Below the pieces are notes generated by a model, which worked only from the letters and a program-made list of their open reading frames with translations, did no database searches and was not told where the DNA came from. The position numbers were made by a program, and so were the translations under genes. Source: the human T2T-CHM13v2.0 reference genome, Homo sapiens. Taken from it: a DNA stretch of 64,000 nucleotides. Location of the stretch: NCBI RefSeq assembly GCF_009914755.1, contig NC_060940.1; one strand, 5' to 3'. Shown here in pieces: positions 56,201 to 64,000 of the stretch (within the stretch, counting starts at the first letter, position 1; each line of letters opens with the position of its first letter).

Positions 56201-57990
56201 CCTGCAAAGCATCCACTGACCCTCAGAATCTTCTACCCAGAGGCCTCAACCCCTTGGCTCAAGACTTCCCTGACTGACCGTGGGAGATTCTGAGGAAAGC
56301 CTCATTTTCCCAGCTTCCCTCTGCAAACTTGTTCTACCCTGGTTTGAGGAGTCTGACTGCTCTGAGCCTCTGCTCCCCTCCCAAGACGAGGAGATCAGCA
56401 CTCGGAGCCCCGGGAGAGGCTGGGCTGGCTCCCTGGCCAGGAGGACTCCCAGGAAGGCAGGCTGGTTCCCACAGGGAGACTGGAGGTCACAGGGAAGCAG
56501 CCCTTCCTGCCTCCTCCCTGCTTCCGGCTGCACCTTCCCCTCCTGGGTGCCTGCCAGGTTGACCCTAACACTATGGGGCGTTGAAGGGCCAAGGCAAAGG
56601 CTGGGCCAGCAAGGCCCGGTGTGGCTTCTAGGCCTCTCTCGGAGTCTCTCGGGAGCTGACAGCACTCCGGCCCCAGGAACCCACACATGCGCCCCCGCTC
56701 CATGGCTGACCCTGCTCCCCTGGGGACACTGCATCAGGTGCTGTCTTCTGGGGACCACCTGGCAGCACCCTGAGCAGCTGGGGTGGCAACCGGCTCAAGG
56801 CCTAGTCCTGCCACTGCAGGGCACTGCCTTCTGGGGAAATGGGGCAGGGAAGGCATGAGCCGGTCTTGGTTGGGGCCACACTTTCTAGGGGTTCAGCCTC
56901 TCCAGCTGGCCTGGGGCAGAGAGCCTATCAGGTGCCCCACACTCAGCCATCCGAGGGCCAGTCTGGGTGGGAGGGGCAGTGGGAGCCGATGCCAGCGGTG
57001 TGGAGGGCACAGGGCCTCCGGGCAGGCCTGTCTCAAGGCTGCCTGTGTCCATCGCAAAGGCGAGCACCCGAGGCCCTTTGCCGGAGCAAGGCGCCAGGCC
57101 TGCTGAGTGGCTCTAACAGCCTGGGAGGGAATTCTAGACACACAGGGCATCTGATGCAAGCTGGGCGCGCTCCATTCAGCGTAAATCTTCTCAGTGGCTC
57201 TGCTGGTTTCCATGGCGACCTGACAAGTGAAATTTTCCATCTCGGATGCCAAATGCCTGTGGATGAGGCAAAGCCTCCAAGGGTTACCAAATATAGATGC
57301 AGCCCTACAGGCTCTGGGGTAGGGGCCAGCCGTGGGTTCAGGGTGGGAGCCGGCACTCCTCTGACCAGAGGCTGCCAAGCTGGGCCTCTTGGTGGAGGGG
57401 TGCCTAGGACCTGTTCCTTCCATGGGCAGGACCTGAGCAGGGGAGCCTTGAGTGTACCCCTGCCTCCCACCCCACCCCGGAAGTGGCTGAGAAGGTCCTA
57501 GCAATGATGGGGTCTCCCAGTGACCCAGGGTTGAGCCTCTGCCACAGACAGGGTGGGGAGGGGCTATGTGAGGCCTGGGAGGTGCCCAGCACAGACAGCC
57601 ACTGGGGCCCCCATCTCTAAGCTGGGGCAGGAACTCCTCCCCCTGCCCGGTGTTTCTCTCCAGGGTCCTCTGTCTGGGTAACTCCAGATGCCCTCAGAGT
57701 TTTTAGATTTTGCATAGCCTCACTGAGCTGGACCCTGATTGCCTGGAAGTGTTGCTACTCCCGGCCACCGTGTGAGGGCTCCCAGAATCCCTTGCTCGGT
57801 GCTCTGATGTGGACACAAGAGGCCAAGGGGCAAGTGGCTGCGGGGGGGATGGTGGTCACAGTGACAAAAGGGGTGGGATGCTGAAGTGAGGGAGGCCTCA
57901 GCAGCCCCTGGCAAGGCCCTTCCTCACCAGGCTCCTCTGGGCCTGTCCCTGCTCAGGGGGCGGGGGCAGCAGTCCCCAGCCGGCACTCAC

Positions 57991-58141
57991 TCGGTCTGCA
58001 GCAGCTCAGGGTTGGGCACGCACTGGAGCCGGTGCGAGAGCAGCTGGAAGGCGCTGCTCTGAGGCAGGAGCATGAGCAGGCCGTAGAGGGCCTTGATCAG
58101 GTAGGGGTTGTTCTTCACGTCCAGCAGCTGCAGGCGCAGAT
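57991..58141 (-). CDS. VAC14: VAC14 penultimate exon ([29 protein letters not shown]...LLQT)
   Basis: ccccAG|at ctg ... acc ga|GTgagt; 151 nt; conserved Fig4-binding region motif [11 protein letters not shown]. Confidence 0.96.
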
Positions 58142-60277
58142 CTGGGGTAGGCAGAGGGCAGGGGTCAGGGACCTGGCACTGCTCTGGGACACGCCCAGCC
58201 CACACTCCCTGCCTCCGACTGGCCAGGACCACCTGGGACTTGGTGCCATGGCACCCACAGCCCAAGGACCCAGCTGTGTGGACCCAGCCAGGTGGCTGTG
58301 GCTTCCAGCGAGTCAGGGGCTCCTTCACAGCCAGTCGCGCTGCCCCCACCTCCCCCAGGAGTGTCCTAGCCGTTTCCATGATCTCATCTTCCTTTCCACC
58401 TGCCCACCTGCCTGTCTGATCTTTCCAACAGTCACCTCAGCCCCACAACCCCGAGACACGCTGTGGGGCCTGGTCTGTTTCCCGCCCCCCGCTCAGCTGC
58501 CTCCCTGGTGATACGAGGGCTCGGGGCCTGTAGTGTAACATATTCTCCAGTTGGCTCCACACGTGCCAGCACGGGAGAGCTATAAATAGGGTGTGCTGGA
58601 GAGAAAGACGGTAGATTAGGACAGCTTTAAGAGAGGGCAGGATGGAAAAACGCCTTTGTGTGTAGCGAGACACACACCAAAGCCCCGGAGCGTCTGGGAG
58701 GTGCTTCTGGGGCTCCGGCTCACATGCCAGCCCTGCCACCACCCTGGCGGGGGAAAGAGATGCACCCGGGGGGCTGCCCAGCACTCATTCCAGCCCAAGC
58801 TGCAGCACGGACCCCGCTGGTGGCTGGCTGTACCACAAGGCAGTCCCAGCTTCCCCAAGGCGCACAGGGGAGGTGGGATTGGAAACGGGCTCACTTTTCT
58901 TCTGCGAGCCTCTCCAGGAGAATCACTGGCTTCTACTTCCTTGTGTCCCTAGGCCCAGTCCAGGCATTGTTTGTGGAGGATATGCCATGTGCTTTGGGAG
59001 AGGGACTATGTCACCCCTGGAGCGGCCACACAGGGGGTCCCGCTGACAAAGGGAACCTGAGCACCAGGCCTTAGGGCCAGGGTGTTGGTGCGCAGGGAGC
59101 AGAGGAATGGAGGCCTGCTGGCGCCCTCCAGAAGAGACCCCCACCACCACTGTCCTAGGCCTGGCTGCCCAGCAGAAGCGCGAGCCTGTTTCCAGTCCTT
59201 TCTTCCCTTTGGGCCTTTGGGAAGCAGGCACTGCCGGTGGCCAGACCAGCCACCTCTAGGATCCAGGCGACTCAGGGCTGGGACGGTGTTGGGCGAGACC
59301 AGGGTGTGTCTCTCCTGTTACCCTGCCCCAGCAAAGCCCTGGGCTTGAGGAGAAGGTGCTTGGAGTTCCTCCAGGGTCAGGGAGGGAGGGCAGTCATCCT
59401 AGGGATGCTTCTGGAATGCCAAGAATGTACAACTGGAGAGATGAGTCAGGACAGACCAGCAGCAGGAGCAGGGTCTTTTTAGGATCTGACCTCAGGCGGC
59501 CGTGTGGGTGCCTGTGTCCCTGGGAGGCCCTCGGGGAAGTGTCACGCTGGGCACACCTGGGACAGGCTTTAGCGCACTCTGCGGAGAGCAGGGTCTCCCC
59601 CCTGCTCTTCTGTCTCCAGGGCATCAGTTCCTACGGCACCCTGCTGCTTGATGAGGCTGCCCTTTGAAGGGGGCTCAGGAGGGGATGGGAACGGGTGTTC
59701 TTCAGCCCCTGCATTCAATTCAGGCTCCAGGGCTCAGGCTGATGGGCTTAGGCCGGGCGGGTCAGAGACGCTGCCAGAGAGTGGGAGAGGCCGGGTGGCC
59801 AGCTTGGCAGGGAAGGTGGCCACCAGCAGAGTGGCCTCCTGGCTTCTCTGCACATTATAAGCACATAAGCGTCATTCAAAGTGTGTATGTTGAGGTGCTG
59901 AGAGCTGTGCTCGCCCCAGCCAGCTGCCACTTTTGCACATTCAGCCTGGGTGTTACTAAGCAGGCAGCTCCTGCCCACTGGCTCCCAGCAAATGCCAACT
60001 CTTCTTTCAGAGAGGTACAGGCATGGCTCTTGGGCCAACAGGAGCACCTGCAGAGGGACTCGGGACCCACAACTTCAGAGAGCCAGAGCAGAGGCAGCAG
60101 ACCCGGAGGGGTGGCTGGGGACAGCCCAGGGGCCTGGTATCAGCCTTCAAGGGGGTTCTGCTGTCAGCGCTGGCTCATGTCCAGGAGACTCACTGTGAGG
60201 GATACAGGCAGGATCCAGGTTCTGATGCCACGTGCCCCAGCCCTGCTCTGGCTGGCCTTGCAGGCCTATCATCCCAG

Positions 60278-60560
60278 TCTTTTTTTTTTTTTTTTTCTGA
60301 GGCAGGGTCTTGCTCTGTCACCCAGGCTGGAGTGCAGTGGTACAGTCACAGATCACTGTAGTCTCAACCTCCTGGGCTCAAGTGATCCTCCTACCTCAGC
60401 CTTCTGAGTAGTGGTGACTATAGGCATGCACTCTCATGCCTGGCTAATTTTTAAAAAATTTTGTGCAGATGAGATCTCACTATGGTGCCCAGGCTGGTCT
60501 CGAACTCCTGCCGTTAAGAGATGCTCCAGCCTCAGCCTCCAAAGTGCTGGGATTATAAGT
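60278..60560 (-). mobile_element. Alu (old, J-like)
   Basis: Alu consensus strings. Confidence 0.85.
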
Positions 60561-60712
60561 CTCACATTCTCAACATTCCAGAAGCTTCCCTGGGGTGACT
60601 GCTCTTCCTCCCTCCCCAGCCAAAAGAGACCAACTGGAGCTTGACTTCACCCACCCCACTCCAGGGCAGCCTTGGACTCATGGCGCGAGGTGTGGTGGGA
60701 GGTGGTTCTTAC

Positions 60713-60792
60713 ATGTGAAGATGGGGCACTCAATCAGCTGCACCAGCTTGTCCACCTCTGCGAGGAAGTCCACGGTGACCTCCAGGTCCCCA
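60713..60792 (-). CDS. VAC14: VAC14 exon ([27 protein letters not shown])
   Basis: acccAG|t ggg ... aca t|GTaaga; 80 nt. Confidence 0.96.
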
Positions 60793-62307
<1,515 letters not shown>

Positions 62308-62426
62308 AACTTCTGGATGAGGTCATAGGCGTGCCGGTAGTTCTGGGTGAGGAAGCAGAGGGACACCGTGGTGACTGGGTTGTGGCACCAGGAGCGGTAC
62401 AGGCAGCAGAACAGGTTCTGGCTCTC
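62308..62426 (-). CDS. VAC14: VAC14 exon ([18 protein letters not shown]...DLIQK)
   Basis: ccacAG|gag agc ... aag tt|GTatcc; 119 nt. Confidence 0.96.
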
Positions 62427-63806
62427 CTGTGGGGGAACAGGCATGAGCCGTGAGGACACGCCTGCTCCTTGCCCCTACCCGGTCCACGTGGGGACCTGAG
62501 GGAAGGGCCACAGGTCTAAGTCCCAGGGGCCTTCAGTCGGGGGCAGCCAGAGCCAGCTTAGCACCCCAGCTGGGAACGAGCCGTCACAAAGGAAATGCTG
62601 ACAGCTCCTCCGCAGACCCTGTCATTACCTCCCAGTCCCAGAGCTGTGTGGTGGCTGCGAGGGCCTGGCTGGGAGTGGCTGTCCTTTGTGCTGGCATGTC
62701 TGCCCTTGGCAAAATCACAGTAATTGTCCCCCCTCCCCACCCCAAAGAACTCTGTGGTCCCGGAGCCCCATGGGGCTGGGATGATGATGGGGGAGTGGGC
62801 AGGGAAGGGAGGAAGCACACTTAAATGCCATCTCCTCCCCACCTCTGCAGTCCACTTCGAACACTTGGAAACCACCCAGGAACCCAGCCCACACTTGGGG
62901 GAGCCCTTGCCCCCGAGGAAAATTCTTAAGGCCTCTGCGAATGTCTGGAAGGAACCACAGGAGGGAGGCAGGGCTGTGGCCTGGATCGTGCAGAGCCACT
63001 TGGCCCCAGATGCCCCCAGACATGGGCCTGGATATCCCCGAGGCTCCTGGGGAGGGTGTAAGCAGGGTCTGAGCCGGCAGGGGACCTGGGAAATGAAACC
63101 CCTGGAGTCCCTGCCTCCAGGATGACCCCTGTCCCCGCACGGCCTCTGCAGCCACCACCCTCAGCCGGGACACGAGAGGCCTGGGACCCGCGTCTCTCCT
63201 TGTTCATAGGGGAGTGAGAGTGAGTGAGTGTCCTTTCTGCTCTCTCTGACCAGTCGTTGGTGCATCCCCATCCAGAGCCTGGGACGGATGGGCAACAAAC
63301 TTGACACCTTGGCTTATGACAGGTGCCTTAGGAGCCAGATGTGCCCAGCTGTGGGAGAGAGGGGCCAGGCCAAGGAGGGCGAGAAGAGCTGTTAACCCCT
63401 GATTCGCCAGCAAGGTTATAACCCAGAGGCCTGGCCCTAAGAGGGTGGCACCACCATGCAGGGTGGGCCCACAGCCAGCAGAGCCTCTGTTTTCAAGGGG
63501 GCAGTGCCTGGAGTGGGACTGGGGTGTCAACCAATGGAAAAGGCAGGGCTGCTGGGGGGTCAGGGTGGACACGTGGACCCTCCTGCGGGCAGAGACCTCA
63601 GTGTGGGTGACGTGACGCACCCATGGTTAGTGCTGCGCAGCCACTCACCCGGGATCCCTATTTCCCAGTGGACCAGGGGAAGTCTCGATTTCAACCCCGT
63701 CTTCTCCCTGAGAGCCTCCTGGGGCCAGCCGAGGGGCGGGCTCACACAGAGTGTGCCCCCTGGCATGCAGGAGACGCCTGAGGATGGAGTCCCGGACGCA
63801 GCCTAC

Positions 63807-63981
63807 CAGGGTCTTCAGGTCCTTCAGCTGGTTCCTTAGCTGGAAGAGCTCTGTGGAGGTCAGCAGGATGGTGTTGAGGGCGTGGACCATGGTCGAGGCG
63901 AACTTGAGGTCCTCCTCCCGCAGCAGGATGTCTGCCATTGAGTGGAAGATGTTCTCCGCATTCAGCAGGAGGCACAGCTGC
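63807..63981 (-). CDS. VAC14: VAC14 exon ([13 protein letters not shown]...KDLKTL); gene continues beyond the window
   Basis: ctccAG|g cag ... acc ctg|GTaggc; 175 nt. Confidence 0.96.
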
Positions 63982-64000
63982 CTGGAGAGCAGGCAGACTG

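Overview
Human genomic DNA, recognisable as the chr16q22 IL34 / MTSS2 (MTSS1L, ABBA) / VAC14 locus; it is not prokaryotic, so almost all long ORFs in the supplied track are Alu or GC-rich shadow artefacts. I rebuilt the spliced CDSs by hand from splice sites. IL34 (+) has 6 coding exons, 12134-25373, 242 aa. MTSS2 (-) has 15 coding exons, 50962-28855, 2244 nt = 747 aa (I-BAR/IMD plus C-terminal WH2). The last 5 coding exons of VAC14 (-) span 63981-53097. IL34 and MTSS2 converge with poly(A) signals ~550 bp apart, and VAC14 ends only ~1.4 kb upstream of the MTSS2 CpG-island promoter. Intronic DNA is dense in Alu, old L1, MaLR/ERV LTR and MIR. I see no evidence for a wholly new gene or multi-gene system. 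The most interesting layer is RNA-level regulation. Directly visible features: a U12-type intron in VAC14; a 9-nt microexon and a GC-AG intron in MTSS2; strong-Kozak uORFs in both IL34 and MTSS2; stacked miRNA seed sites at the MTSS2 3' end. Inferred candidates: several unannotated-looking in-frame MTSS2 exons or alternative N-termini, an alternative signal-peptide-like IL34 N-terminus, G-rich pause elements between the convergent genes, a CRBPII-like DR1 array, and an E-box/D-box pair near IL34.
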